Shown one piece after another: positions 29,245 through 39,247 of a DNA stretch of 64,000 nucleotides. Position 1 is the stretch's first letter. The number at the start of each line of letters is the position of its first letter. The notes beneath the pieces are model-generated. The model was not told where the DNA came from, ran no database searches, and saw only the letters and a program-made list of their open reading frames with translations. A program made the position numbers and the translations under genes. Origin of the DNA: Candidatus Bruticola sp. (GTDB taxonomy: Bacteria > Vulcanimicrobiota > Xenobia > Xenobiales > Xenobiaceae); the NCBI GenBank assembly GCA_051874735.1, contig JBJEGD010000022.1, forward strand, positions 52,216 to 116,215. The letters are read 5' to 3'.

Positions 29245-29748
29245 ATGCGTATAGTCACAGCTTTCAAAGCTTTTTTTAAAGCCCTGTTCGATGGTACTTT
29301 TGCTGAAAAGTTGTCCATTTTATTAGGAGAAAAAGCAGAGCAGCCCCAGTCATCAGTTAGCACCCCTTCAATGTATCCTGGTGCAGTCGGACTGCTAGCT
29401 CTGCTGCAGCGTGAAGGGCGGCTCATAGATTTTTTGCAAGAAAACCTAGATAACGTTCCTGAGGCGCAGATAGGCGCAGTCGTCAAATCTACTGTATATA
29501 AAGGATGCCGCAAAGCCCTTAAAGATTATCTGGAGCTAGAGCCAGTGCGCTCAGAAGAAGAAGGCTCCGAGATCACAGTAGATGAAGGTTTTGATCCCAA
29601 CAGCATCCGTTTAGTTGGCAAAGTTGAAGGGAACCCTCCATTTAAAGGCATCTTACGCCACCAAGGCTGGCGTCTTGTTAAAGCAAATCTTCCTCAAAGT
29701 ACCGATGATAATTCCGATATTATTTGTCCAGCCGAAGTAGAACTTTAA
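29245..29748 (+). CDS. DUF2760-like small protein (Hsp70-associated)
   Basis: Immediately upstream of a non-canonical Hsp70, 2-nt gap. Family call is from memory and not from a diagnostic motif. Confidence 0.35.
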   Translation: MRIVTAFKAFFKALFDGTFAEKLSILLGEKAEQPQSSVSTPSMYPGAVGLLALLQREGRLIDFLQENLDNVPEAQIGAVVKSTVYKGCRKALKDYLELEPVRSEEEGSEITVDEGFDPNSIRLVGKVEGNPPFKGILRHQGWRLVKANLPQSTDDNSDIICPAEVEL

Positions 29749-29749
29749 T

Positions 29750-31612
29750 TTGCAGAGGCTATATATTGAAAAAGTATTCCAGGAGAGAGAACATTTTATG
29801 ATTATAGGTATAGACTTAGGAACGACTAACTGCGCCGTAGCCTGGTCCGATCCGGATGCTATTTCATCAGAACAGAAAACCCGCAAAGAGACTCCACCTA
29901 TACACCATTTTGCTATTTCCCAACTGACTTATCCGGCCACCGTTGAACATCGCAGCACTTTGCCATCTTTTTTGTATTTTCCAGGCACTCACGAACTCCC
30001 CCCAGGTAGTCTAGAACTTCCTTGGGATAAAAACATTAACAGTGTTGTAGGCTACTTAGCTCGTGAGCAAGGAGCTAAAGTTCCTCATAGAGTTGTTTCT
30101 TCGGCAAAATCTTGGCTTTCCGGTGATCAGGCTGATCGCAATGCCCCAATTCTTCCCTGGAATGCCCCAGATGAAGTTGAGCACATTTCCCCTATAGACG
30201 CTTCATCTCGATACTTAGAACATTTGCGCTCTGCTTGGGATTTTGAACATCCAGAATGTCCTCTAGCTGAGCAACAAATTGTACTTACCGTCCCTGCTTC
30301 TTTTGATACTATTGCCAGAGAACTTACTGTTCAGGCAGCTCATAAAGCCGGCCTTACCAAACTTACCTTACTCGAAGAACCGCAAGCTGCTTTTTATGCC
30401 TGGTTGGACAACAGTGAAAAAGATTGGCGTTCGCAAGTTGCTGTGGGGGATAAAATATTAGTCTGTGACATCGGAGGAGGCACCACTGACTTTAGCCTTA
30501 TAAGCGTAACCAATCAAGATGGTAATTTATCCTTAGAACGCTCAGCAGTTGGAGACCATATTTTGTTAGGCGGAGACAATATGGATCTCACCCTAGCCGT
30601 CTGCTTGCAGCAAAAGCTTAAAGCTGAACGCAAAATTAAGCTCGACAGCTGGCAAATGCAAATACTAACCCATGCTTGCAGAACTGCCAAAGAGCAACTC
30701 CTACAAGAAGATGGCGAAGAAGAATGGAATGTGACTATTCCCGGACGAGGCAGCAGTCTTATTGCTTCCTCTATAACTGTTCCTCTGTCCAGACAACTTA
30801 CTGAACAGCTTATAGTAGATGGCTTTTTTCCGAAATGTTCCATAGAAGATCAAGCTGTCCGCTCTCGTCAAAGCGGTCTGCGCGAGTTAGGATTGCCCTT
30901 TGAGTCAGACCCAGCCGTCACTAAGCATTTAGCTCGTTTCTTAACAGTTAATAAACCTGAAGACAGTACAGTTCCATTCTTTGCACCTACAGCTATTTTA
31001 TTTAACGGAGGAGTATTGAAAGCTCCAATGTTGAGACGCCGCCTAACGGAAACTTTAAATAGTTGGCTCGCCTCTATTGGAGCACCGCCTGTAAAAGAAC
31101 TAGAAGGAGCTGATTACGATCTAGCCGTAGCCCGCGGCGCTGTACGCAGCGGTCTAGCTAGTCATGGAGCGGGCATAAGGATAAAAGCGGGTACTAACCG
31201 CTCGTACTACCTTGGCATTGAAACTTCTATGCCCGCTGTGCCAGGTCTTACTCCACCCATAAAAGCCCTCTGTACGGCTCCATTCGGCATGGAAGAAGAT
31301 TCTCGTGAGAAACTGCCGGGCAGAAGCTTTGGCCTAGTAGTTGGCGAGCCAGTCGAATTTCGTTTTCTTGCTTCAACCTGCCGTCAGCAAGATCAACTCG
31401 GCGATCTTATCGACGATTGGGAAGATGATATGGAAGAATTACCTCCCCTGCAGGTGACCTTGCCCGCCGAAATGGGTGAAGTTGGTAAAATTATCCCCGT
31501 TACTTTAGAAACTCATGTCACTGAAGTAGGCACTTTAGAAGTATGGTGTTGTCAAGAAAATGTTCCCAAATGGCGCTTAGAATTTGAAGTGCGTTCTTCC
31601 GGACGCTCCTAA
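29750..31612 (+). CDS. Hsp70-family protein (non-canonical, actin-like ATPase NBD)
   Basis: IIGIDLGTTNCAVAW phosphate-1 motif, DIGGGTTDFSLI phosphate-2 motif. C-terminal region not a canonical DnaK substrate-binding domain. Confidence 0.8.
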   Translation: MQRLYIEKVFQEREHFMIIGIDLGTTNCAVAWSDPDAISSEQKTRKETPPIHHFAISQLTYPATVEHRSTLPSFLYFPGTHELPPGSLELPWDKNINSVVGYLAREQGAKVPHRVVSSAKSWLSGDQADRNAPILPWNAPDEVEHISPIDASSRYLEHLRSAWDFEHPECPLAEQQIVLTVPASFDTIARELTVQAAHKAGLTKLTLLEEPQAAFYAWLDNSEKDWRSQVAVGDKILVCDIGGGTTDFSLISVTNQDGNLSLERSAVGDHILLGGDNMDLTLAVCLQQKLKAERKIKLDSWQMQILTHACRTAKEQLLQEDGEEEWNVTIPGRGSSLIASSITVPLSRQLTEQLIVDGFFPKCSIEDQAVRSRQSGLRELGLPFESDPAVTKHLARFLTVNKPEDSTVPFFAPTAILFNGGVLKAPMLRRRLTETLNSWLASIGAPPVKELEGADYDLAVARGAVRSGLASHGAGIRIKAGTNRSYYLGIETSMPAVPGLTPPIKALCTAPFGMEEDSREKLPGRSFGLVVGEPVEFRFLASTCRQQDQLGDLIDDWEDDMEELPPLQVTLPAEMGEVGKIIPVTLETHVTEVGTLEVWCCQENVPKWRLEFEVRSSGRS

Positions 31613-31962
31613 TGTTCAAGGGGCGAGAAGCTAAACATTTATAAAATGTAACTCATTTCAGCAGGGCTTCCCCCCCTTGTTTGGAAAATATTAAGTTGTG
31701 CAGTTTACCTAGCTTATGTTTTTTTGATCGTCTCGGTCAGGTTTCAGCCTGAGTATTCTGCATAAGCGCCCACCAATACAGGAACGAGCTGCAGCTTAAT
31801 TCCAACTATAAAACGTTTTTGGAATAGCCAATAATTGTTTGAGCCCCTTGATTGATGGGTAGGTAACTTATATTTGCCGACGGAAAATTACCTCATAGTT
31901 TTAGGATTTTCTGCCATCAAAGCAGTTCCGCTCCTGATGAACGGATAGAAGGAGACATATTT

Positions 31963-33066
31963 ATGATCCCTATTTTAGAACTTCGCACTCAGTACTCTCA
32001 AATTCAAGATGAATTAGAAGAGGCTGTACTGAAAGTTCTGCGCTCTACGGCCTACGTTCTAGGCCCCGAGGTAAAAGCTTTTGAAGAGGAGTTCGCCGCT
32101 TGGAACGGAGTTAAGCACGGTATCGGCGTAGGAAACGGCACAGATGCTCTACAGTTGGCAGTTAGGGCCCTAGATTTAAAAGCCGAAGATGAAGTAATCG
32201 TACCCTCGTTTACTTTTGTTGCCTCCGCCGGAGCTGTCGCTTTAGCCGGTTCTAAAGTAGTTTTCGCTGATATTGATCCCCATACTTTTTCTTTAGATCC
32301 CGAAAGTCTTAAAAAGGCTATAACTCCTCATACTAAAGCGGTAATCTGCGTTCACCTTTACGGACATGCAGCCGATATCAGTGCCATAAAGTCTATCTGC
32401 CAGGAACACAGCTTGGCTCTCATCGAGGACTGCGCTCAGGCCACAGGTGCTGAAATCAACGGACAAAAAGTTGGTGGATTCGGCGATATGAGCTGTTTTT
32501 CTTTCTTCCCCAGCAAAAATTTAGGTGGCATTGGCGATGGCGGCATGGTTTTGACAAATAGCGACAGCTACTTTGAAAAGATCAACATGTTGCGCGGTCA
32601 CGGCAGCAAAGTACGCTATTATCATGAAATTTTGGGTACTAACAGCCGTTTAGATGAAATTCAGGCTGCGGCTCTGCGCGTCAAACTCAGACACGTAAAC
32701 GAATGGAATATAAAAAGGCGCTCTGTAGCTCAAAAATATACAGAGGCCCTGCAAGGTATTGACGGTTTAATTACTCCTGTAGAGCGCGAGGGTTACCGTC
32801 ACGTTTTCCATCAATATACAATTCGTGCGCCTAAGCGGGACGAGCTCTTTGATTATATGCGTGCTCATGGAGTAGGCCCTGCTATTTACTACCCCGTCTG
32901 TCTCCACCTGCAAAAAACCTTTGCAGCTAGCGGAATGAAGGAGGGCTCTCTCCCCGTTTGTGAGCAGCTTCAAAAAGAAGTACTGTCTCTGCCTATGTTC
33001 CCTGAACTTACCGATGAACAAATCAACGCCGTGGTATCTTCAATTAAGAGTTTTTTCCGCGTATAG
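31963..33066 (+). CDS. DegT/DnrJ/EryC1/StrS-family sugar aminotransferase
   Basis: IPILELRTQYSQIQDEL...LGPEVKAFEEEFAAWNGVKHGIGVGNGTDAL. Lys-containing SFFPSKNLGG PLP motif. Confidence 0.85.
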   Translation: MIPILELRTQYSQIQDELEEAVLKVLRSTAYVLGPEVKAFEEEFAAWNGVKHGIGVGNGTDALQLAVRALDLKAEDEVIVPSFTFVASAGAVALAGSKVVFADIDPHTFSLDPESLKKAITPHTKAVICVHLYGHAADISAIKSICQEHSLALIEDCAQATGAEINGQKVGGFGDMSCFSFFPSKNLGGIGDGGMVLTNSDSYFEKINMLRGHGSKVRYYHEILGTNSRLDEIQAAALRVKLRHVNEWNIKRRSVAQKYTEALQGIDGLITPVEREGYRHVFHQYTIRAPKRDELFDYMRAHGVGPAIYYPVCLHLQKTFAASGMKEGSLPVCEQLQKEVLSLPMFPELTDEQINAVVSSIKSFFRV

Positions 33067-33078
33067 GAGATTATCTTT

Positions 33079-35340
33079 TTGAACAAAATGTTTCCTTGGT
33101 TCCGCAAACGTATTATTGATCCAGTCAGACCTTTTTTTAAATTAGAGGGTCAAGTAGAACTCGCTTATGAAAATGGATCTGAATACAAACTTCAAGACGG
33201 ATATTTGTATGGTCAATTTTCTAACGTGCACGGAATTGAGGAAGCAAAAAGCTACTACCAGAATGAGCAGCCTGAACAGGCTGCTCAAGCTCTTCTCAAG
33301 TATTTTCGCAATCGTAAATCGCCCAAATTTTTTATCCACACTTCAGAGATAGAGTTACTTAAAGAGCGTTTAGCTAATTTTCCGAACGTCATAAAAACAC
33401 TGGATGCTCATGCCTCTCGGGCTATGGAGCACATATTTTACCCTTACGATTCAAGTCAGCCCGTAAATTTAGACAAATATATAAACTGGTTCTACAATTT
33501 CTCTTACGGCAGCTGGCCTATGCTTCATGTAAAAGAACTTCGGAGAATGCTTGCCCCCGACAAGACTGATAAGCTCAGCGAGTCTCCCCTCGATGAACGT
33601 TTATCTTTCGATCGTACCTGGGATTTAAACAAACATTTCGATTTTTTAACCCTGGCACGTTCTTTTTGTCTTACTAACCGGAACAATTTTGCTGCCGAAA
33701 TAATGGTGCAAGCGATTACCTGGGGACAAAGCAACCCTCTCTGGATCGGAGTAAACTGGCTCAACTTCGATGTCGTAGCCATTCGTTTAATGAACTGGAT
33801 GCTGGCTGTAAATATGTGCTTAAGCAGCACGGTTGTAACACCGCAGCTTTTTGCTGAAGTACTAAAATTTATGATTTTGCATGCAGCAGCCTTGAATTGG
33901 CATCTCACTCACGATCAAGTTCTATCGCTCCCTGCCGCTTCTTGTCTGTACATGTTTTCTGCCAATTTTCCTGAACTTAAATTGGCTAATCAATGGCAAA
34001 AATTAGCTCAAGCCAAACTGTCTGCACTTATAGAGCGAGAATTTGATGACTACGGATTCCATCTGAGCAGTTCCATTTACACCCATTGCTCTGCCACGGA
34101 GTGGCTGCTTCTTCCTATTGTACAGCATATGCACAATAGAACTATCCCCCCTAATTTTCTTGCTGAAGCCTGTGTGCGCGCTCTTGATGCTTTGCAAGCT
34201 ATGAATGGTATAGGCAAAGTTGTTCCGCGCATCGGGAATTACAGTACACCAGGATTTTTAGGACGGTTCGTCTCAATTTCTGAATATGCAAGGAGTTTGC
34301 TCTGTTTGGGAGCCGTGGCTTTAAACTGCGGACAATGGTCTTACGCCATTCAAAATATGCCGAGCGAACTTTTATGGTGGTTGGGGCCAGATGCTTCCGA
34401 ACAATTTAAGTCTGTAATCCCTTATGCTCCAACTATAAATCAATTTTACTTTTCAACTGCTGGTATAGGTATTATCAGAGACGGTTGGGAAGAAAATAGC
34501 GCCCAAATTATTGTCAAGGGGTGCCCGCCCAAGAAATACAGCCACGATTTTTATCATCCACCTAATTTGACCACAGTTCCAGAGACAGATCATTGTGACT
34601 TTTTGTCGTTCATTCTGACTATAGGGAAAGAGTCTTTCTTAATAGACGCTGGCTCTCCCAACTGTTCAATTTCTGACCAAGACTACTTCGATAGCTTTAC
34701 GTCTCATTCGGTTCCAATCATAATAGGCGAAGTAGAGCCTTGCAGAATAGCTCGTCTAGAAGATCTAGAAAAAAAAGAGCTGCCTCTATGTCCCAATTAT
34801 ATAGAAAATATAAATAAAGGGGAGCGTTTATTCTGCTCACCTCTCTACAAAAGTACACTTGGCCAAGATGTTATTTTTACAGCTAAGAGACAAGCAAAAC
34901 TAAACAATGGCACGATGGTAATAATTGAACGCAAACTGCGCGTTAAAGCAGGCGAGCAAAGGATTTTCATCAGAGATATAATCAGCGGGACCTCACCTAA
35001 TACTCAAATTACATTAGCTAACAGACTGTTGTTTGCCCCTAAACTGCGCAGTTTTATAAGAAGAGGCAGCATGGGATGTAAGGCTATAGGCGAAAATTTC
35101 AGCGCAATAGTGGTACCTTATTTCCCCGTAGGAGCTCGCGATAAGGAAAAAAGAGCCAATACTTATTCTAAAGGATACTACTACGACAATGAACGCAATA
35201 AAGTTATCACTACTAAACTGATACGAATACGCTACAGCGGAGAGACAGAACAACCTATTAGTAGCTACTTTGTCATAGACTGGACTGGTTATGAACCGCC
35301 TAAATTTACTATGGCTGAGCTCGATTTAATGTTTGATTAA
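33079..35340 (+). CDS. Heparinase II/III-like family protein
   Basis: C-terminal segment FLIDAGSPN...YFDSFTSHSVPII resembles the Hepar_II_III domain. N-terminal part has alpha/alpha-toroid-like W/N-rich helices. Typical partner of DegT genes in glycan loci. Confidence 0.5.
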   Translation: MNKMFPWFRKRIIDPVRPFFKLEGQVELAYENGSEYKLQDGYLYGQFSNVHGIEEAKSYYQNEQPEQAAQALLKYFRNRKSPKFFIHTSEIELLKERLANFPNVIKTLDAHASRAMEHIFYPYDSSQPVNLDKYINWFYNFSYGSWPMLHVKELRRMLAPDKTDKLSESPLDERLSFDRTWDLNKHFDFLTLARSFCLTNRNNFAAEIMVQAITWGQSNPLWIGVNWLNFDVVAIRLMNWMLAVNMCLSSTVVTPQLFAEVLKFMILHAAALNWHLTHDQVLSLPAASCLYMFSANFPELKLANQWQKLAQAKLSALIEREFDDYGFHLSSSIYTHCSATEWLLLPIVQHMHNRTIPPNFLAEACVRALDALQAMNGIGKVVPRIGNYSTPGFLGRFVSISEYARSLLCLGAVALNCGQWSYAIQNMPSELLWWLGPDASEQFKSVIPYAPTINQFYFSTAGIGIIRDGWEENSAQIIVKGCPPKKYSHDFYHPPNLTTVPETDHCDFLSFILTIGKESFLIDAGSPNCSISDQDYFDSFTSHSVPIIIGEVEPCRIARLEDLEKKELPLCPNYIENINKGERLFCSPLYKSTLGQDVIFTAKRQAKLNNGTMVIIERKLRVKAGEQRIFIRDIISGTSPNTQITLANRLLFAPKLRSFIRRGSMGCKAIGENFSAIVVPYFPVGARDKEKRANTYSKGYYYDNERNKVITTKLIRIRYSGETEQPISSYFVIDWTGYEPPKFTMAELDLMFD

Positions 35341-35386
35341 ATTGTATCCAGTCAAAAATTATAATAAAAGTAAATAAAGACAGATA

Positions 35387-35420
35387 GGCCCCCGCTCAAG
35401 CATAATAGAAAGCGGGGGCC
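35387..35420. terminator. Bidirectional terminator hairpin between convergent genes
   Basis: ggcccccgct / agcgggggcc, 10-bp perfect stem, 14-nt loop. T-rich on the minus-strand side. Confidence 0.5.
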
Positions 35421-35471
35421 TCTTATGTTGTCTCAAAGCCGACCCATATAAAATGGGACGGCCGCCTCAAT

Positions 35472-36461
35472 CTACTTCTGAGCAGCGCAATTAATATAGC
35501 CCATTACATTGGCGCTGTTTAAACTATAACTTCTTCTGGCCACTGAATCGGAAGAGTTGCCTTCAATAGTATAAACCTTACCGTTGGCAACTTTTTCTAC
35601 GATGCCAATATGATCGGAAGTACCATCACCCTGCCAATCGAAGAGAATAGCATCGCCGGGTTGAGGAGTGTAAGAACCACGTCCAGCCCAAATATTTTCC
35701 TTCTTGGCCCAATTGACAATAGTAGGGCAATAGTTTACGTTAGAGCAGGAAGAAGTATCGAGCACGCCATGATCTTTGAGCATATTCATGGCCCAAGCAG
35801 CACACCACGGAGTGGTCTGACAATTAATACCACTCTTCTTAGTAATAGCATTGATTGAAGAAGCATTGGACTTTTCAGTCATACCGACCATAGCTCCAGC
35901 ATCGGATAACAATCCGCTGACACCTGTGTTAGCACCATAGTTACCGTTATTGCCTACACTGCTGGTACCCAGGCCGGAGGATCCTACAACACTGGCGGCC
36001 ACAGAGCTAAGATCCATACCCTGAAGCATATCCCCATACTGAGATATCATAGACTTGCACAGTACATCAATAGTAGAATCGCTCATGCCGGGGAAGTAAG
36101 TTTTGAGATACTGAGTAAGCATCTTGGTGGCTTCTTTAGTTGTCTCATTATCTACCTTAGGGTTAGTGTCCATACTTCCAACAATTGCCTGCAGGAAATC
36201 TTCAAAACTTCCACCAGAGTAAAATGATTTCAGGCAGGCAGCCATCGTTTTGCCTTCACTGCCAGCAGCTTCAAGCCCCTTAATCTGAGAATCGATCAAA
36301 TCTTGGGACAATCCCATCATGCCTTGATTGCCACCAAACACAGAAGTGGCGGATACACCGGTATTAGCCATACTAGAATACATTGCTTGAGAATTGGCAA
36401 GATCTTGACCAATCATGTTGTTCATGCCAGACATGGTAGATGTGTTCAATAGCGCGTTCAT
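35472..36461 (-). CDS. CHAP-domain amidase/peptidase with low-complexity N-terminal region, no signal peptide
   Basis: C-terminal CHAP signature: CAAWAMNML (catalytic Cys), PQPGDAILFDW, DHIGIV (His), IEGN. Start moved to internal M31 (MNALLNTS), which has an AGAGAGG RBS upstream. N-terminal ~200 aa G/S/M/N-rich. Confidence 0.7.
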   Translation of the reverse strand: MNALLNTSTMSGMNNMIGQDLANSQAMYSSMANTGVSATSVFGGNQGMMGLSQDLIDSQIKGLEAAGSEGKTMAACLKSFYSGGSFEDFLQAIVGSMDTNPKVDNETTKEATKMLTQYLKTYFPGMSDSTIDVLCKSMISQYGDMLQGMDLSSVAASVVGSSGLGTSSVGNNGNYGANTGVSGLLSDAGAMVGMTEKSNASSINAITKKSGINCQTTPWCAAWAMNMLKDHGVLDTSSCSNVNYCPTIVNWAKKENIWAGRGSYTPQPGDAILFDWQGDGTSDHIGIVEKVANGKVYTIEGNSSDSVARRSYSLNSANVMGYINCAAQK

Positions 36462-36631
36462 AAGAAAGACCTCTCTTTTAAAACTAGACTTGTCTATATT
36501 TTCAATACATTCTACATTAAAGTAAAGGCCTATTGGCAGACAACTAGACAAAAAATAAAAAATGCCTCTTACCCTGACCGTTACTAAAGTGTAATGCTCA
36601 AAGAAAAGGCACTGTAAAAGAAGCTAATGCA

Positions 36632-37828
36632 CTAACTCATACTGCTCACTTGACGAGTTTGCTCTACTCCTTCAACCATATTCTCTAATGCGGCATCCAA
36701 CTCTTCATCGGTAACTTCTCCGCCATTTTGCATATGTTCGCATACATAATAGGCATTTTCAAGTTTAGTCAAACCTTCTTCAATCGCTTCACGTGATAGA
36801 ATTAAAGCTTCCCCCATAGGAGCAGAAGTATTAAAGGCACTCTCTGGTAGAGAAGTATATTTGGACTTCAAATCTTCAACAAAAGCAGCATATTCGCTCA
36901 ACCCCTCAGAAAAAGCCCCCCAGCAATCGTTGCCATCTCTTAGGCCGCTTATGCAGTCCAATATAGTTTGCACACAGCTAGGCAAGTTGGTGCAACCACA
37001 GCATTCACTGTCATTTTCTTCCATAACAAGACGGTCTGGTAAGCGCAAACCGCAATTAGGACAACGCTTATCCCATTCTCCCAATTTAACTCCGCACTTA
37101 GGACAACTCCAGTTCAAAGAGCATTCCTTAGCCTGCTTTTTAGCTTTAATTTCTTTATATTTGGTAATCATTACCTCGCTGGCCGTTTTAAACGAATCTA
37201 AAGCTGCCGAAAGTTCCTCTTGCTTTCGCTGTTCACAAACTTTGAATAACCAATCCAAAGCTTCACAATAATCCTCTATGTGATCCGGAAGCGAATTACA
37301 AGCTACTAAACGCTCAAAAGCCGAACGAAGCGAGTCTAGGCAAGTTTCTAACATATCCCAATCGCGTCGGCCCTCAAGTACCGCTATCCCAGCTTTCAAC
37401 ACACTATCAATGCCCATAAACTCAGACATTTTAGTTTTAGCTTTCTTCAACTCTTCTAATTTGGCCAAGCTCTTTTCAGTTTCATGCAACTGACTTACTA
37501 ACGCATTGACGTCACGTACAGCCCCTTCGGCATCTTCACCTTTTAAATCGCAAATGAGAGATGACAAAACGCCGGCCACACCTTCAAAGTCGGTATACAC
37601 CTGAGCGATATGAGGCAATTCCTCTTCATTATAATCGTAACCGCGCACACTGTACTTAAAGGCCAATATAAAAGCAGACATCACCACATCACATTGATGC
37701 AGTTCATCACGTAACTGCATCAATGGTTCTTTATTAGCGATACAATGTTCTAAACCGCTTACAAAAGCGCGCAAATGGGGGATTAATTTAGGAAAAGAAT
37801 CATCCAGCTTAGGCAATGTATCCAGCAT
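36632..37828 (-). CDS. Hypothetical protein, paralogue A, with internal zinc-ribbon
   Basis: CPKCGVKLGEWDKRCPNCG ribbon. Clear paralogy with 37880-39094: LPKLDDSFPKLIP vs FPLLDDNFPRIIP, DSVLKAGIAVLE vs DSLLRAGNFVLE. Confidence 0.5.
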   Translation of the reverse strand: MLDTLPKLDDSFPKLIPHLRAFVSGLEHCIANKEPLMQLRDELHQCDVVMSAFILAFKYSVRGYDYNEEELPHIAQVYTDFEGVAGVLSSLICDLKGEDAEGAVRDVNALVSQLHETEKSLAKLEELKKAKTKMSEFMGIDSVLKAGIAVLEGRRDWDMLETCLDSLRSAFERLVACNSLPDHIEDYCEALDWLFKVCEQRKQEELSAALDSFKTASEVMITKYKEIKAKKQAKECSLNWSCPKCGVKLGEWDKRCPNCGLRLPDRLVMEENDSECCGCTNLPSCVQTILDCISGLRDGNDCWGAFSEGLSEYAAFVEDLKSKYTSLPESAFNTSAPMGEALILSREAIEEGLTKLENAYYVCEHMQNGGEVTDEELDAALENMVEGVEQTRQVSSMS

Positions 37829-37879
37829 GGGACCTCCGAAAAATTGTCTTGTCGTACAGATAAAAAACAGAAAAGATAA

Positions 37880-39094
37880 TTATTTTTTAGAATTGCGATA
37901 TTTTTGAGCTAAACCACCTATACTGCGCATCTCATTTACAGCTTCAGCCATAACTTCTAGAGCACACTGCATATGAAACCGATCTACAGGAGGTTCAAAT
38001 TCTTCTAAAAGCTCTACTGCCTTAGAGAAGTTATCTATGCAAGTATTAGCAAGGTCTATAATACCATCAATATTTTCACGTTCTTCTGGAGTTGTTTTCA
38101 ACTTAGAAGAAGACATTTTATTAAGGCGTGAAGAAGCGTCAGCGACACGGCGTCGCAGCTCACCTACAGCCCTCTTGAAGGGACGTATCATTTTAGGATT
38201 GTTGGGAAGTTCTTTGGCTACATCGAAAATACGCTGTACATACTCAGGCATTCCGCTAATTGCCTCGCTCTTATCAGCATCTTTGCCTAGTGAGCTACCT
38301 CGCTCAAACTCTTCGGGCATTCTGGCTCCACAAGCGAAACATTTCTTGCTTCCTCCCAGCATAGGCTTACCGCAATAAGGGCACAGCCCTACAGATGAAG
38401 TTTCGACATCAATCTGACTGTCCTGGAAATTGACAAGTTCTTCTCCACTCGACTTAACTTCTTCCAGGACCTCAGGTAATGCTTCCAAATTTCTTTCGTT
38501 GAGTACTTCAACTAAGCGCTCTAAAGCGTGATCGTGACGGATCAACTCTTCAGGCAGTCCACTGCCAGAAACTATCTCATTCCATTGGGGAATAAGCGCC
38601 TCTAAACGGGCACTCAGAGCATCCCACTCAGCCCCGTTAGTTTCTAACACAAAATTGCCAGCGCGCAGCAAACTATCTACGACTGGCACCTCAGAATAAA
38701 TATGGCTATCACCTACAGCGGCTTTCAAGTCCATATTTAATTCTTCCAAATCTTTTAAATGTTCGTATATGCTGGCCACACAATTAACCGCCGCTGCTGT
38801 AGCATCCATACTCAAAGCGGTTTCTAATTTTGCCATTTCCGAACTCATACGCGTAAAAAGAAGCACTATTTCGTTGATCGCTTCATTCCTCTCGGGAGGA
38901 AGTTCTTTCAAACGTAACACTTCCATAAAGTTGCCCAAAGCTGTCCCGAGAGCTATATCGCACTGGCGAAATTCAAAGGCTGTACAGCCCAAACTTACTC
39001 CACCAGCTACACATTCAGACATAATTTTTACCAACTGTCTGAAAGAAGGAATTATACGAGGAAAATTGTCATCTAGAAGAGGGAATTTAGCCAT
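37880..39094 (-). CDS. Hypothetical protein, paralogue B, with internal zinc-ribbon
   Basis: CPYCGKPMLGGSKKCFACG. Tandem paralogue of 36632-37828. Confidence 0.5.
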   Translation of the reverse strand: MAKFPLLDDNFPRIIPSFRQLVKIMSECVAGGVSLGCTAFEFRQCDIALGTALGNFMEVLRLKELPPERNEAINEIVLLFTRMSSEMAKLETALSMDATAAAVNCVASIYEHLKDLEELNMDLKAAVGDSHIYSEVPVVDSLLRAGNFVLETNGAEWDALSARLEALIPQWNEIVSGSGLPEELIRHDHALERLVEVLNERNLEALPEVLEEVKSSGEELVNFQDSQIDVETSSVGLCPYCGKPMLGGSKKCFACGARMPEEFERGSSLGKDADKSEAISGMPEYVQRIFDVAKELPNNPKMIRPFKRAVGELRRRVADASSRLNKMSSSKLKTTPEERENIDGIIDLANTCIDNFSKAVELLEEFEPPVDRFHMQCALEVMAEAVNEMRSIGGLAQKYRNSKK

Positions 39095-39247
39095 TGTAGG
39101 TGTGAAGTTCTAGCGCTCTGCAGCCCTTCCTGTATTTTTTACCGGCAATAAAACATAAAATTTAACTTGATACCCCAGGCAAAGCGCAGATAAAAGCGGC
39201 ACCCCAAGCGTTTATCTGCGCTTCTATAGTGTAAAAAATGTTATAAA

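Noticed and set aside
33142-33352. Short ORFs on both strands at the 5' end of the heparinase-like gene
   Set aside because: Lie within the long confidently framed 753-aa CDS. Low-complexity translations.
36861-37271. 136-aa plus-strand ORF antisense to paralogue A
   Set aside because: Fully embedded antisense ORF with no RBS. Paralogue A frame is supported by cross-paralogue conservation.
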